A stretch of 64,000 bases of DNA from positions 3,431 through 67,430 of the forward strand of contig JABWCR010000014.1 of the NCBI GenBank assembly GCA_013359125.1, in the 5' to 3' direction. Origin of the DNA: Armatimonadota bacterium (GTDB taxonomy: Bacteria; Armatimonadota; Fimbriimonadia; Fimbriimonadales; GBS-DC). Under the pieces are notes generated by a model. It searched no databases. It was not told the DNA's origin and was given only the letters and a program-made list of their open reading frames with translations. Both the position numbers and the translations under genes were made by a program. Positions within the stretch are counted from its first letter, which is position 1, and each line of letters begins with the position of its first letter. Positions 16,650-27,415 of this stretch are shown here, piece by piece.

Positions 16650-18476
16650 ATGGATTATAAAGAACTTTCAAGGCGCAGGCCCAACCCCGCCATGGCGCGC
16701 GCCAGTCTCTTCTTTGGGCTGATCGTCGTCGCGCTGCTGATCTTGTGGCTACGGCTTTGGTATCTACAAATCGCCCAAGGCGAGCAGCTGGAACTGAAGG
16801 CGCAGAGCGCTCGCACTCGTTTTGTGCGAATTGCACCTCCGCGTGGAGCGATCGTCGATCGTAACGGTCTCCCCTTAGCCACCAACAAGCCGTTGGTCTT
16901 CGTTGTGTCCGTAGTGCCCGACGAGGCCAAGCGCAATCCCGACCACCTCCATCTGATCGCCAATCTGCTGAATCTTGACTTCGCTAAGCTTAAGGCAGAT
17001 GTGGAATCGCCGCACGTCAATCCCTTCGCCCCTGTGATTATTGCCAGCGGTCTGAGCTATCAGCAAGCCGTGCCCGTTTTCGAGGCGCAGCATCGCTTTC
17101 CCGAGCTTCGAGTCTGGATGGACTCGCCTCGATCTTATCCTCTTGGCTCCTCGGCCGCTCATCTCATCGGCTATGTCGGTCAGGTTTCGCCGGACGAGTT
17201 GAAGCGATATGCCGCCCTGTCGGAGGACGCAGACTCCGACGGCAACCTGCCCATCGCCCGGTACGATGGCGGCGATTTGGTCGGCAAGATCGGCGTCGAG
17301 CATCGATACGAACTGCGCCTGCATGGCCAGCCCGGCGGCGAGCGTGTAGAAGTTACGCCCAAGGGCCGACACGCAAGAGTGCTGGAAACGATCGAGAGCG
17401 AACGAGGCGAGCGCCTGGCCCTTACGATCGACGCCAACCTCCAGCAGTTGGCGTACCAATTGCTCGTTGACAAGAAGGTTCGCGGCGCTCTCGTCGCCAT
17501 CGACCCCAGGAACGGCCAAGTCATTGCTCTGACAAGCCGCCCAGCCTACAATCCCAACCTCTTTGTCGGACGGATTCCCGCCGACCTTTGGAACTCTCTG
17601 ACGAACGATAAGAGCGCGCCTCTGCAGCACCGCGCCATACAGTCGGCTTACGCGCCGGGTTCGATCTACAAGATGGTTACCGCCATGAGCGTGCTGGAGA
17701 CAGGGCTGATGAGCCCGCGCAACACGGTTACTTGTCGCGGAGGCACGCAATTGGGCACAAGATTCTTTAAGTGCCACGCTACTCACGGCACGGTCAATAT
17801 GTTGGGAGCGATCGCTCACTCTTGCGACAGCTACTTCTACGAGGCCGCTCGCCGCGCAGGCCCTAACCGCCTGGCCGAGTACAGTCGGATGTTCGGCCTC
17901 GGCGTTCCCACTGGGATCGACCTGCCTCACGAAGGCAAGGGCTTAGTGCCCGATGAGGAGTGGAAGCGCAAGCGATACAAGCAGGCTTGGTACGGCGGGG
18001 ACACCTTCAACTACGGAATCGGACAAGGCTTTCTTCAAACGACGCCGATCCAGATGGCGCAGATGACCTGCGTTGTGGCCAACCGCGGTTTTGCCTATGC
18101 GCCAAGATTGTTGCTGGAGGCAGAACCACAAATCGCCATCAAACCGTTTGGCCAATCCGCTCACTGGGAATTAGTCCATAGGGGCATGGTCTCGGTCGTT
18201 TCATCGGGCACTGCGCGCAGCGTAACTCTCCCGGGCATCCAAGTCGCAGGCAAAACAGGATCGGCCGAGTTTAGAAAGGGCGGCAAGACCCATAGTTGGT
18301 TCGTGGCTTATGCGCCGGCCGACAAACCAGAGATCGCTCTGGTCGTTATGGCCGAAGAAGCCGGACACGGGGGGACCATCGCCGCGCCGATTGCCAAGGC
18401 GTGGCTAGAGGCTTATTTTAAGGACAAAAGAAAAGCGGCGGGCGCCAGAACTGCAACGCCCGCCAACGCGCTTTAG
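16650..18476 (+). CDS. mrdA: Penicillin-binding protein 2 (class B transpeptidase)
   Basis: TM anchor followed by the PBP dimerisation region. Transpeptidase motifs are SIYK (SxxK), an SxD in HSCDSYFY and KTGSAE. The ATG at 16650 follows the PBP1A stop. Confidence 0.85.
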   Translation: MDYKELSRRRPNPAMARASLFFGLIVVALLILWLRLWYLQIAQGEQLELKAQSARTRFVRIAPPRGAIVDRNGLPLATNKPLVFVVSVVPDEAKRNPDHLHLIANLLNLDFAKLKADVESPHVNPFAPVIIASGLSYQQAVPVFEAQHRFPELRVWMDSPRSYPLGSSAAHLIGYVGQVSPDELKRYAALSEDADSDGNLPIARYDGGDLVGKIGVEHRYELRLHGQPGGERVEVTPKGRHARVLETIESERGERLALTIDANLQQLAYQLLVDKKVRGALVAIDPRNGQVIALTSRPAYNPNLFVGRIPADLWNSLTNDKSAPLQHRAIQSAYAPGSIYKMVTAMSVLETGLMSPRNTVTCRGGTQLGTRFFKCHATHGTVNMLGAIAHSCDSYFYEAARRAGPNRLAEYSRMFGLGVPTGIDLPHEGKGLVPDEEWKRKRYKQAWYGGDTFNYGIGQGFLQTTPIQMAQMTCVVANRGFAYAPRLLLEAEPQIAIKPFGQSAHWELVHRGMVSVVSSGTARSVTLPGIQVAGKTGSAEFRKGGKTHSWFVAYAPADKPEIALVVMAEEAGHGGTIAAPIAKAWLEAYFKDKRKAAGARTATPANAL

Positions 18477-19705
18477 TCGGCCAACAGCTGCTCGATCTTC
18501 TTGCGAAGCTCCTTCATGCCAGCCTCGCTATAGCCGATCTTGATGTGGCTCACGTTGCCATCCTTGTCTAGGAGAGCGACGTGCGGAATGCCGGTAACGC
18601 CATAGTTCTCAAAGTTCGACCGTTCGCCATAGACTACGGGCCAAGTCATCTTGTGCTCGGCCATAAAGTCCTTCATCTTGGCGAACTCGTCGTCCTTGCT
18701 GATGTTGCGCTCCGTGCCATAGTAGCCGTAGTAGGTCGTAAAGCCGACAATCTCAAGCCCTTTCGACTTCAGGTCTTTGTACATCTCGACCATCGAAGGG
18801 AAAGCGGCCTTGCACGGCCCGCACCAGTGGGCAAAGAAGTCGATCAGCACGACCTTGCCTTTCAGACCCTCAAGGCCCGGAAACTCGCCATAGCCGCGCT
18901 CGCTGGTCAATGCGGGCGCGCTCGTGCCGACCATGTTGATCTGGGTCTTCTTGGAAGCCAGGCGTCGGGTCAGACCGCCCTTGTCCTCGCCAATGGCGGT
19001 AACGGCGGTAATACCCTCTTCAAGAACCTTGATCGCATCGGACTTTCGCTTCAAGGTAATCAGAAGGTCGGCCTCTTTTTCGGCGAACATCTGTGCGATG
19101 TTCTGCTTGGCCGCTACGTCTGCGGGCTGAGCCGAAAACTCAGCAGCCATCACATTCTTCTTGACCGAGTGCAGCGCCGCAATCGCCTTCTCTGCGCCAA
19201 CCGCTCCGGCAATCGACTCAGAGAACACATAGGCCGTCTGCGAAGCCAGCGTTCGAGCCTGGTTGGTATTGGACGGAGACATCTTGGCGATCAGCTCGAT
19301 CACCGCATCGATTTCCTTCAGCGTGTTGCACGCCGTCGCCATCTTGATTTGCGCGTCAAACTTGGCCGCAGGCGCCGGGTTGGTGGTCAGATAGACCTTG
19401 GCCGCATCGCACACTTCCTTGGGCATTTCGGCCATCTCGTAAAGTTGAGCCCATGCATATCCTTTTTCAGGGGCGATCTTGCTCGGGTCGACGCCTTTGA
19501 CGCCTTCCAGCGCCATTTCGCGAATTTCGCGATTGAGAGCGTTAAAATCGACAGGTTTTTGTGCCGTGCGAGCTTCGGCCAATTTTGAGCTGCGATGCTT
19601 GTTGATCGCCTCAATGACCTCTTCCGGCTCTTTATCGACGGCAATCGCCAAACCAGCGATCAGCGTTACAGCGAGAAGTACTAACGACTTTTTGGGCGCG
19701 CCCAT
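18473..19705 (-). CDS. TlpA/ResA-like thiol:disulfide oxidoreductase with a long N-terminal helical domain
   Basis: C-terminal thioredoxin fold with WCGPC. Signal/anchor MGAPKKSLVLLAVTLIAGLA. I prefer the start at 19705, which has an AAGGAGG SD. Confidence 0.85.
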   Translation of the reverse strand: MGAPKKSLVLLAVTLIAGLAIAVDKEPEEVIEAINKHRSSKLAEARTAQKPVDFNALNREIREMALEGVKGVDPSKIAPEKGYAWAQLYEMAEMPKEVCDAAKVYLTTNPAPAAKFDAQIKMATACNTLKEIDAVIELIAKMSPSNTNQARTLASQTAYVFSESIAGAVGAEKAIAALHSVKKNVMAAEFSAQPADVAAKQNIAQMFAEKEADLLITLKRKSDAIKVLEEGITAVTAIGEDKGGLTRRLASKKTQINMVGTSAPALTSERGYGEFPGLEGLKGKVVLIDFFAHWCGPCKAAFPSMVEMYKDLKSKGLEIVGFTTYYGYYGTERNISKDDEFAKMKDFMAEHKMTWPVVYGERSNFENYGVTGIPHVALLDKDGNVSHIKIGYSEAGMKELRKKIEQLLAD

Positions 19706-20004
19706 CTCTTGCGCCTCCTTTTGTTCGTAGATTAACAAAGATTATGGCCATTTTTAGGCCAGTATGTCAAGCCAATAGCAAATAGGCCGGACATCGAAAG
19801 GAGGATCGATGCCCGGCCGTCTCTCGTCGCTCGGGCCGGCGGACCCAAGCGCCCGTCTCGCGGTATCAACGGTCTGAAGACCGCCGCACCCTTTACGGAG
19901 AAAGGAGGTCAATCACTTATATAGACGATTGTCGGCTAAAAAGGGTTCGCTCAACCTGTCCTCAGGTAAAATCCGTCCATAGAACGACTGAGGCCGACTA
20001 TCCG

Positions 20005-20547
20005 ATGGAAGAGACGACAAGCGATATTCAAGAAACCATAGAGACAGCCGAATCAGATGCGCTTCAAAACGCCCTTGCAGAGGCCGAAGAGCAGAGAAAC
20101 CTCTACTTAAGAACGCTGGCCGACTTTCAAAACTACAGGCGCAGGCAGCAAGACGCCCTAGACCAGATCCGGTGGACCATGGTTGAGGCTTTTGTGCACG
20201 ATCTCCTTCCCATTCTCGACAACTTCGATCGTGCTGTCTCGGCTGCTGTGGACGCCGAAGACGGAAACAGCATCCTAGAAGGCGTCAGGCTGACCCAAAA
20301 GCAGATAGCCGAGCTCCTCGAGCGCTTTGACATCAAACCGATCGAGGCTGTTGGCAAGCCGTTCGATCCGAATCTTCACGACGCGGTCTCGCGGGTCGAA
20401 TCGGTCGATCATCAAGATGGCGAGATCGTAGAAGAGATTCAGAGGGGTTATACGATACAAGACCGCGTGCTGAGACCGAGCCGAGTGCTGGTTGCAAAGA
20501 AGTCAGAACAACCCATCGAGAACGGAGGCATCGACACCGCCGTATGA
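20005..20547 (+). CDS. grpE: Nucleotide exchange factor GrpE
   Basis: LRTLADFQNYRRR and GYTIQDRVLRPSRVLV are GrpE signatures. Confidence 0.9.
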   Translation: MEETTSDIQETIETAESDALQNALAEAEEQRNLYLRTLADFQNYRRRQQDALDQIRWTMVEAFVHDLLPILDNFDRAVSAAVDAEDGNSILEGVRLTQKQIAELLERFDIKPIEAVGKPFDPNLHDAVSRVESVDHQDGEIVEEIQRGYTIQDRVLRPSRVLVAKKSEQPIENGGIDTAV

Positions 20548-21917
20548 GCGACGAACTGACGCTGTTCGGCACCGACGGATTCCGCGGCGAGGCAAACGTC
20601 ATCGTTACTGCCGAGATGGCCGCGAAAATTGGCACGGCGGTCGGCGGTTGGCTTCAGCAGGAGGGGCGTCCGCTCCGAGCCATCATTGGTCGGGATACCC
20701 GTCGCAGCGGCCCTATGATAGAAGCGGCCCTGACAGCGGGACTCGCCCAAATGGGAGTCGAGACGATCTCCATTGGCATTGCGCCCACCCCGGCGGTCTC
20801 CTTTCTTTGCCCGCGTTACGAAGCGGGCGTCGGCATCATTGTTTCGGCATCGCACAACAAGGCTACCGACAACGGCATCAAATTGATCGGCCCCGATGGT
20901 TGCAAGTTACCGACCCAGACGGAGCAGACCATCGAGCAGACGGTCAAAGACGAGTTGCGCGGCCTGAAACTCGCGACGTCTGACAAGATAGGGCAGTGGA
21001 AGGACGGTTCGGCTTGGGTCGAGAGCTACGCCGATTACCTCGTCGGCGCAGCACAACAGATTGCCGGCGCCGAACGACCGTTCGAAGGCATGAGGCTTGC
21101 GTTGGACTGTGCGAACGGCGCGGCTTATGCGATCGCCCCTCGCGTTCTGCGCGCTTTGGGAGCCGCCTTGTGCGAGACCGGGATCGAGCCCAACGGCGAC
21201 AACATCAATGAGAACTGCGGATCGACCCACTTGGGCGGTCTTATTGCGAGCGTTACGGGCTCCGGCGCCCACGCTGGAATCGCCTTCGACGGCGATGCCG
21301 ACCGGTGTCTGCTGATCGACGAGCGAGGCAACGAAGTAGACGGCGATCGAATCATGTGCTGGTTCGCGCTGCACAAACAAAGGAACGGCGGTTTCAAGCC
21401 GCCGGTTGTGGTTGCGACGATTATGTCCAACGGCGGTATGAGAGAGCGATTGGCGGAGGCCGATATCCAACTCGTCATGACCGATGTCGGCGACCGGCAC
21501 GTGGTCAACAAGATGCGCGAGATGGGGGCCATCATCGGCGGAGAACAGAGCGGCCACCTGATCTTTGCAGAGCATTCGGTTACCGGCGACGGCATCCTCA
21601 CGGCGATCCAGGCGCTATGCCTGCTGAAAGAATCGGGCAAGCCGCTTTCTGAAGTCGCCCATCCGTTTCGCCCCATGCCTCGAAAACTGGAGAAGTACGC
21701 GACCGATCGAACCAAGGTTTGGCACGAGGACGCGGAGATCACAGAAGCGTACCAACAAGCCGAGCAAGCGCTCGCTCCAAAGGGTCGCGTCAACATTCGC
21801 GAATCGGGCACAGAGCGCGGCATTGTGCGCGTCTTGGTCGAAGCAGAAGAGGCCCAAGATGCGACCAAATGGAGCGACAAGATCGGACGCATCATCATCG
21901 ACAGGATAGGTGCCTGA
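20544..21917 (+). CDS. glmM: Phosphoglucosamine mutase
   Basis: FGTDGFRG, the active-site SASHN, and GDADR and GGEQSGH blocks. Confidence 0.95.
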   Translation: MSDELTLFGTDGFRGEANVIVTAEMAAKIGTAVGGWLQQEGRPLRAIIGRDTRRSGPMIEAALTAGLAQMGVETISIGIAPTPAVSFLCPRYEAGVGIIVSASHNKATDNGIKLIGPDGCKLPTQTEQTIEQTVKDELRGLKLATSDKIGQWKDGSAWVESYADYLVGAAQQIAGAERPFEGMRLALDCANGAAYAIAPRVLRALGAALCETGIEPNGDNINENCGSTHLGGLIASVTGSGAHAGIAFDGDADRCLLIDERGNEVDGDRIMCWFALHKQRNGGFKPPVVVATIMSNGGMRERLAEADIQLVMTDVGDRHVVNKMREMGAIIGGEQSGHLIFAEHSVTGDGILTAIQALCLLKESGKPLSEVAHPFRPMPRKLEKYATDRTKVWHEDAEITEAYQQAEQALAPKGRVNIRESGTERGIVRVLVEAEEAQDATKWSDKIGRIIIDRIGA

Positions 21918-21920
21918 GCG

Positions 21921-22694
21921 TTGTTGCTGGCGATCGATGCGGGCAACACTCAGATCGTCTTTGGCGCTCGCGTCGAGGACGGCTGGCGCTCGTTCCGCAT
22001 CGCCACTCGCCCGCAAGCGACCGAAGACGAACTGGCCGCCGTCTTGCTCAACGTGCTCAAACTGGGAGGCATCGATCAGTTTCCCACCGGCATCGTCATT
22101 GCGAGCGTCGTGCCTCCTCTTAACGAGACTTTTTCCCGCTTGGCGGCCAAATGGCTGGGTTGCAAGCCGCTCTTTGTAACGCACGACCTGCCGTTGGGGA
22201 TCACAATTGCTTACGATCCGCCTAGCGCGGTCGGCGCCGACCGTCTGGCCAACGCCGTAGCGGCAGAGAGCCTTGTCGGTTCTCCCGCGATCGTGGTCGA
22301 CTTTGGCACCGCCGTTACGCTCGATGTCGTTTCGTCTCAAAAGGAGTACTTGGGCGGCTCGATCCTCCCGGGCATCTACTTGGCATTGGAGTCTCTAGCG
22401 GGCAAAACATCCAAACTGCCCGCTATCGATCTTTCGGAAGAATCCCCCCAAGCGATCGGCAAGACGACGCCCGAAAGCCTGCGCAGCGGCGTGCTCCTAG
22501 GCACGGCCGGAGCCGTCGAGTCGCTAATCGGTCGGATAAAGTTAGAATTGGGCGGCGACGCGGCTGTGGTCGCCACGGGCGGCTTGGCGACACGGATTGC
22601 GGGTCTATGCCCCTCGATTCATCGCGTCGAGCCGCATCTGACGCTGGACGGTCTCAGAATCATCCACAATCGTATGAAGCACGGAGAGAACTGA
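21921..22694 (+). CDS. coaX: Type III pantothenate kinase
   Basis: LLAIDAGNT, VVDFGTA and ATGG motifs. Confidence 0.9.
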   Translation: MLLAIDAGNTQIVFGARVEDGWRSFRIATRPQATEDELAAVLLNVLKLGGIDQFPTGIVIASVVPPLNETFSRLAAKWLGCKPLFVTHDLPLGITIAYDPPSAVGADRLANAVAAESLVGSPAIVVDFGTAVTLDVVSSQKEYLGGSILPGIYLALESLAGKTSKLPAIDLSEESPQAIGKTTPESLRSGVLLGTAGAVESLIGRIKLELGGDAAVVATGGLATRIAGLCPSIHRVEPHLTLDGLRIIHNRMKHGEN

Positions 22695-22695
22695 C

Positions 22696-23304
22696 ATGGA
22701 TTTAGCGGACGTTTGGAGCGCCATTCGAGACGAGGTTAAGGATCGGGTAACCGGCCGTTCGATGTGGCAAGCGATCGACGCCATGACGCCGATTCTGAGA
22801 GACGGGGATGCAACGGTCTTCGGAGTGCCCCATCAGAACGCCGATCTCATCGGCCATCTGCGCACGCCCGCTACCAAGAATATGATCGAATCGCTGCTCT
22901 CCGAGGCGTTGGGTTCCAGGGTCGCGCTGGTCGTTGTCGAAGGCGTCACTAAAGCCGACTATGAGTACCACCAGGAGCGTCAACGCGAGGCCAAAAGGAT
23001 TGAAGAAGAAGCCCACGAACGAAGAGGCCAGACTCGCGAGACCCAACAGAACTGGGAAGGGGTGTTCGAAACGGTCGGTAGGCGATTTGCCGAGCTGCCC
23101 AACCGCAGCCTCAACCAATCCAAAGCGCTCTATCTGCAAGAGATGACCATCGTGATCCGCGAGGCGATCCAGAAAGTCGGAATCGACAACGAGATGGACG
23201 AGCGACAACTGAACCGAGCCATCGAGCGCATCGCTACGAACATTGAAGCCCCTGCATCGATAGTCGCCTGGATCGTGCTCCACTCCCCAATCGAATCAGC
23301 GTGA
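22696..23304 (+). CDS. Hypothetical protein; the N-terminus resembles DnaA domain I
   Basis: The pattern WSAIRDEVKDRV..MWQAIDAMTPI......VFGVP resembles the DnaA N-terminal fold only at the pattern level. It is tightly packed after coaX. Confidence 0.55.
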   Translation: MDLADVWSAIRDEVKDRVTGRSMWQAIDAMTPILRDGDATVFGVPHQNADLIGHLRTPATKNMIESLLSEALGSRVALVVVEGVTKADYEYHQERQREAKRIEEEAHERRGQTRETQQNWEGVFETVGRRFAELPNRSLNQSKALYLQEMTIVIREAIQKVGIDNEMDERQLNRAIERIATNIEAPASIVAWIVLHSPIESA

Positions 23305-24590
23305 GCGCCCGCCCTTATGTTGCAAGGTTGTTGTTGCCGGACGGGTCGCCCGCGCCAGAGGCAGATCTGAAGGAAGCCTTCCTTTGCGACAGCCAGTTCG
23401 ATCCCTATGATCCTGAGACCTGTCGCCCTGGCAAGAATGGCGAACTGCGGCTTGTCTATCCGCGCTCGCCCTTTATCCTCTGCGCCCCATTGAACGTCTC
23501 AACGGTCGGTCGCAAGACCTTCTATGCCACCGCCGGCGCTTCGGGCTATCGATCTGCTTCGGCCCTGCACCAATCTCTCCTCAATCGCGAGATCGCTCAG
23601 TCTCATCTTGCCCGAGTTAGCCAGACTGCAAAGTGGGCCGCCAAGCGCATCGGGGCCAATGAGGGGCTGACCAAAGGTCTGAACGAATCGCGCGCGTTCT
23701 TGGACGCCGCGCGGGCAACCGCCGCTCCAGAACAGGTCGCTCGATTGGCCGACCAGTCGCTTGTTCTGTCGGTCGGCCTTGGCGAACAACTGACCGAGAC
23801 GATCGCTCGCGCCCGAATATCTCGGGTGGGAATGAGAGAAGCGTTTCTTTTTGGGTTAGCGCCCGGATCGGACTGGGACCTCACAGCACAAACCTGCAAC
23901 GCCGTTGCAGTGCGTTGCGACTGGTTTGGAGACGGTATTGAAGCAGAAGCGGCACTGGCCGAATGTGTGGCGCGTCGGCTTGTCTGTCAGATAGAAGACG
24001 ACCCGTGGCCGGCCGCTGCAAAACAAGCCGACACCGTAGCGTCCGTCGCGCATACAGCACAATCTGCGCTCGCGGCATCGATGCGTCGGTTCCGCGGACG
24101 GTCTCGATATTGGCAGATCGCGAAAGGCCTCTATCGATTTGCCGGGCGATACCGCATCTCGATCGACAACGTCATCGTGATCGTAGCAGGGTTAGGCGCC
24201 ATTGCCCACGAGACCGATTCTCACGCCGTTCGCATCGTTTCGTTGCCGCTTACTGGCGCGTCCGCTTCTCCTGGGCCAATGGGTGAGGACGGATTGACCC
24301 GCGGCCCCCTCAGCACAGCCTCCGCTCTGGTCGATGCCAATGCGCCCTTCGAGTGTCTGGAAGTGGAGGTCGATAGTCGGCACGACCTGCACACGATCGA
24401 GGAGATGCTGGAACGATTCGCCGAGTTCGGGAAGCCCATCCAAGTGAGAGCTTTGGCAAGCGTCGGTGCCCGCGAGTTCTCTCTTCTGCTTAAGATCGCT
24501 TACTCCAAAGCCTACGTTATGGGCTGTCTATGGGATCGGCCGGAAACCCGCGCAATGGCCGCCGCGCGCCACCAACTCCACCCCGATTGA
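23301..24590 (+). CDS. Hypothetical protein
   Basis: GTGA start/stop overlap with the upstream gene. Coding-like composition. No motif recognised. Confidence 0.6.
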   Translation: MSARPYVARLLLPDGSPAPEADLKEAFLCDSQFDPYDPETCRPGKNGELRLVYPRSPFILCAPLNVSTVGRKTFYATAGASGYRSASALHQSLLNREIAQSHLARVSQTAKWAAKRIGANEGLTKGLNESRAFLDAARATAAPEQVARLADQSLVLSVGLGEQLTETIARARISRVGMREAFLFGLAPGSDWDLTAQTCNAVAVRCDWFGDGIEAEAALAECVARRLVCQIEDDPWPAAAKQADTVASVAHTAQSALAASMRRFRGRSRYWQIAKGLYRFAGRYRISIDNVIVIVAGLGAIAHETDSHAVRIVSLPLTGASASPGPMGEDGLTRGPLSTASALVDANAPFECLEVEVDSRHDLHTIEEMLERFAEFGKPIQVRALASVGAREFSLLLKIAYSKAYVMGCLWDRPETRAMAAARHQLHPD

Positions 24591-24617
24591 GGTATACTCG
24601 AACAGCCCAATATCACC

Positions 24618-26081
24618 ATGAGCGCGGCCACAGCCCATACTCAAAGCGCGGACTGGACCTATGCTCCAGCCCCCGAATCAAGCGACATCGTTCGCATCTT
24701 GCCCGAGTACGACCTGTACATTGGCGGCAAGCGGGCCAAGCCCCAATCGGGCCGACGATTTGAAACGGTCAACCCGGCCAACGAGAAGACGCTCAGCCAT
24801 GTTGCCGAAGCCAATGAAGCCGATGTCGATCTCGCCGTCAACGCTGCGCGGAAGGCCCTTTCGCCTTGGAACCGACTTAAACCCGCCGAAAGAGGCAAAT
24901 ACCTTTACCGCATCGCTCGCATCATTCAAGAGCGGTCGCGCGAGTTCGCCGTCTTGGAGAGCATGGACGGCGGCAAACCGATCCGAGAATCGCGGGATGT
25001 CGATGTCCCATTGGCCGCGGCGCACTTCTTCTATCATGCGGGATGGACCGATAAGCTGGAATACGCCTTTCACGGACGCCAAGCCTCGCCGATCGGGGTC
25101 GTCGGCCAGATTATTCCTTGGAACTTTCCGCTGTTAATGGCTGCTTGGAAGATCGCCCCCGCGCTGGCGTGCGGCAACACGGTCGTGATCAAACCCGCCG
25201 AGACGACGCCGCTCACGGTCTTGCTCCTGTGCGAAGTGTTCGAACAGGCAGACCTCCCACCAGGCGTTGTCAACGTGATCACAGGCGCAGGCGCTACCGG
25301 CGCGGCTTTGGTCAATCATCCCGATATCGATAAGATCGCCTTTACCGGCAGCACAGAGGTCGGTCGCAACATTCAAAAAGCCTTGGCAGGCACAGGCAAG
25401 CGTTTGACGTTAGAACTTGGCGGTAAGGCCGCAAACGTCATCTTCGAGGACGCGGACATCGACCAAGCGGTAGAGGGCATCGTCAACGGCATTTACTTCA
25501 ATCAGGGCCACGTCTGTTGCGCAGGCAGCCGCCTTTTGGTCGAAGAGAGCATTGTCGATACGGTCGTTCGAAAACTGAGCCGACGCATCGAATTGTTGCG
25601 CATTGGCGATCCGCTGGACAAGAACACCGATGTCGGCGCCATCAATTCGCTGGCGCAGCTCCAACGCATCCGATCCATGGTGGATAAAGGCGTCGAAGAG
25701 GGCGCAATGTTCCACGAATCGAACTGCCCGCTGCCCGACAAGGGCTACTGGTTCCGACCGTCGTTCTTTACCAATGTTTCAATGAGTTGCTCGATCGCCC
25801 GAGACGAGATTTTTGGCCCTGTGCTGGCCATCATGACCTTTAGGACGCCCGACGAAGCGGTCAAACTGGCCAACAACACTCGTTACGGCCTCTCCGCCGG
25901 CGTTTGGACGGAAAAAGGCTCCAAGTATCTTGCCTTTGCCAAGAAAATGAGAGCGGGCGTCGTCTGGAGCAACACTTACAACCGATTCGATCCGACCAGC
26001 CCCTTTGGCGGCTTCAAAGAGAGCGGCTTTGGTCGAGAAGGCGGCCTGCACGGCCTCGAAGCGTACGTCAACTTACATTAG
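24618..26081 (+). CDS. NAD(P)-dependent aldehyde dehydrogenase
   Basis: [14 protein letters not shown] and the catalytic Cys block GHVCCAGSR. Confidence 0.9.
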   Translation: MSAATAHTQSADWTYAPAPESSDIVRILPEYDLYIGGKRAKPQSGRRFETVNPANEKTLSHVAEANEADVDLAVNAARKALSPWNRLKPAERGKYLYRIARIIQERSREFAVLESMDGGKPIRESRDVDVPLAAAHFFYHAGWTDKLEYAFHGRQASPIGVVGQIIPWNFPLLMAAWKIAPALACGNTVVIKPAETTPLTVLLLCEVFEQADLPPGVVNVITGAGATGAALVNHPDIDKIAFTGSTEVGRNIQKALAGTGKRLTLELGGKAANVIFEDADIDQAVEGIVNGIYFNQGHVCCAGSRLLVEESIVDTVVRKLSRRIELLRIGDPLDKNTDVGAINSLAQLQRIRSMVDKGVEEGAMFHESNCPLPDKGYWFRPSFFTNVSMSCSIARDEIFGPVLAIMTFRTPDEAVKLANNTRYGLSAGVWTEKGSKYLAFAKKMRAGVVWSNTYNRFDPTSPFGGFKESGFGREGGLHGLEAYVNLH

Positions 26082-26091
26082 GAGAAATGAA

Positions 26092-26859
26092 ATGAGAAGT
26101 TTACTGATCGCAATGTGCCTAATCAGCTTAGCGTCGGCTCAGCCGGGCAAGAATGAAGGCACCCTATTGGCCACCCTCCCGTCCGGCCTTAAAATTCAAG
26201 ACTTCCGTATCGGCACGGGCGATGCCGTCAAGGCGACCGACGAGGTTACGATCCATTACACGGCTACGCTCGCCAGCGGCAAGGAGTTTGACAACACCAA
26301 GTCGTCCGGTCTGCCGTTTACTTTCAACGTTGGGCGCAACAAGGTCATCAAAGGCCTAGACGAGGGCATGATCGGCATGAAAGCGGGCGGCAAGCGCAAA
26401 CTCGTGATGCCTCCTAATCTCGCCTTTGGCTCGACCGCATACTCTGCGGTTCCGGCCAACTCCACCGTTACCTACATCGTTGAGCTCATCAGCGTCCGTC
26501 CAGAACAGAAAGTATCCGGCAAAGAGGAATCTTCTGCAACTGGCCTCAAATGGGTCGACCTGACTATCGGGGATGGCGACTATCCGGTTACTGGCAAGAC
26601 GGTCGTCGTTCACTATACGGGAACTCTTGAGAACGGAACCAAGTTCGACAGTTCGCACGATCGGAACAAGCCGTTCGAGTTCGTGCTCGGAGCCGGAAAC
26701 GTCATCAAGGGCTGGGACGAGGGCCTCGCCACGATGCGCGTAGGCGGCAAAAGAAAACTCATTATCCCGCCCTCGCTGGGCTATGGCGATCGCGATTTGG
26801 GTACTATACCGCCTAACTCGACGCTCATCTTCGAGGTCGAACTGATCCGAATCAAGTAG
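26092..26859 (+). CDS. Secreted FKBP-type peptidyl-prolyl isomerase with two FKBP domains
   Basis: Signal peptide [16 protein letters not shown]. Two copies of the HYTGTL...VIKGWDEG...GGKRKL.IPP pattern. The ATG at 26092 has a GGAGAA SD. Confidence 0.85.
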   Translation: MRSLLIAMCLISLASAQPGKNEGTLLATLPSGLKIQDFRIGTGDAVKATDEVTIHYTATLASGKEFDNTKSSGLPFTFNVGRNKVIKGLDEGMIGMKAGGKRKLVMPPNLAFGSTAYSAVPANSTVTYIVELISVRPEQKVSGKEESSATGLKWVDLTIGDGDYPVTGKTVVVHYTGTLENGTKFDSSHDRNKPFEFVLGAGNVIKGWDEGLATMRVGGKRKLIIPPSLGYGDRDLGTIPPNSTLIFEVELIRIK

Positions 26860-26870
26860 GGAGAGAAACT

Positions 26871-27413
26871 ATGCGACACCTCGCGATCATAGCCTTGGCC
26901 GCAGCGATCGTCGGGCTTCTGGCCTGCTCCGGAGAGCCGGAAGCAACGACCGAAACCACGAACAACAAACCGGTGCCAGAAGGCATGGAGCCGCCGAAAA
27001 AAGCCGACCAGACCGAGGAATCGGACTACGAAGCCAAGAAAGACGCCGAAAAAGCCGAGACCAAGGAGGAAGGCAAAACCGTGAAGACGAGTTCGGGATT
27101 GGAATACGAAGACCTCAAAGTAGGAACCGGAGCGGAGGCTGCGAAAGGCCAGGTTGCCCAAGTCCACTACAAGGGAACGCTTACGAACGGCCAGCAGTTC
27201 GACAGCTCTTGGGATCGAGGCCAAGCCTTCTCGTTTACTATCGGCGCGGGCGAAGTGATCAAGGGTTGGGACGAGGGCGTAGCAGGCATGAAAGTGGGCG
27301 GTAAGCGCAAGCTGATCGTCCCTCCAGAACTTGGTTACGGCAGCCGCGACATGGGCGCAATCCCGCCCAATTCCGTGCTGATCTTCGAAGTCGACCTGCT
27401 TGCGCTCCGCTGA
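26871..27413 (+). CDS. FKBP-type peptidyl-prolyl isomerase lipoprotein
   Basis: Lipobox GLLAC. One FKBP domain (VHYKGTLTNGQQFDSS...VIKGWDEG). Confidence 0.85.
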   Translation: MRHLAIIALAAAIVGLLACSGEPEATTETTNNKPVPEGMEPPKKADQTEESDYEAKKDAEKAETKEEGKTVKTSSGLEYEDLKVGTGAEAAKGQVAQVHYKGTLTNGQQFDSSWDRGQAFSFTIGAGEVIKGWDEGVAGMKVGGKRKLIVPPELGYGSRDMGAIPPNSVLIFEVDLLALR

Positions 27414-27415
27414 GT

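Noticed and set aside
19809-19877. 22-codon mini-ORF (MPGRLSSLGPADPSARLAVSTV) with a perfect AAGGAGG SD upstream of grpE.
   Set aside because: It is too short and compositionally unremarkable to call. The SD and ATG are part of the inverted repeat, which is reported as a finding instead.
19739-20004. Search for a CIRCE (HrcA) or HAIR (HspR) heat-shock operator upstream of grpE.
   Set aside because: Neither consensus is present by eye on either strand.
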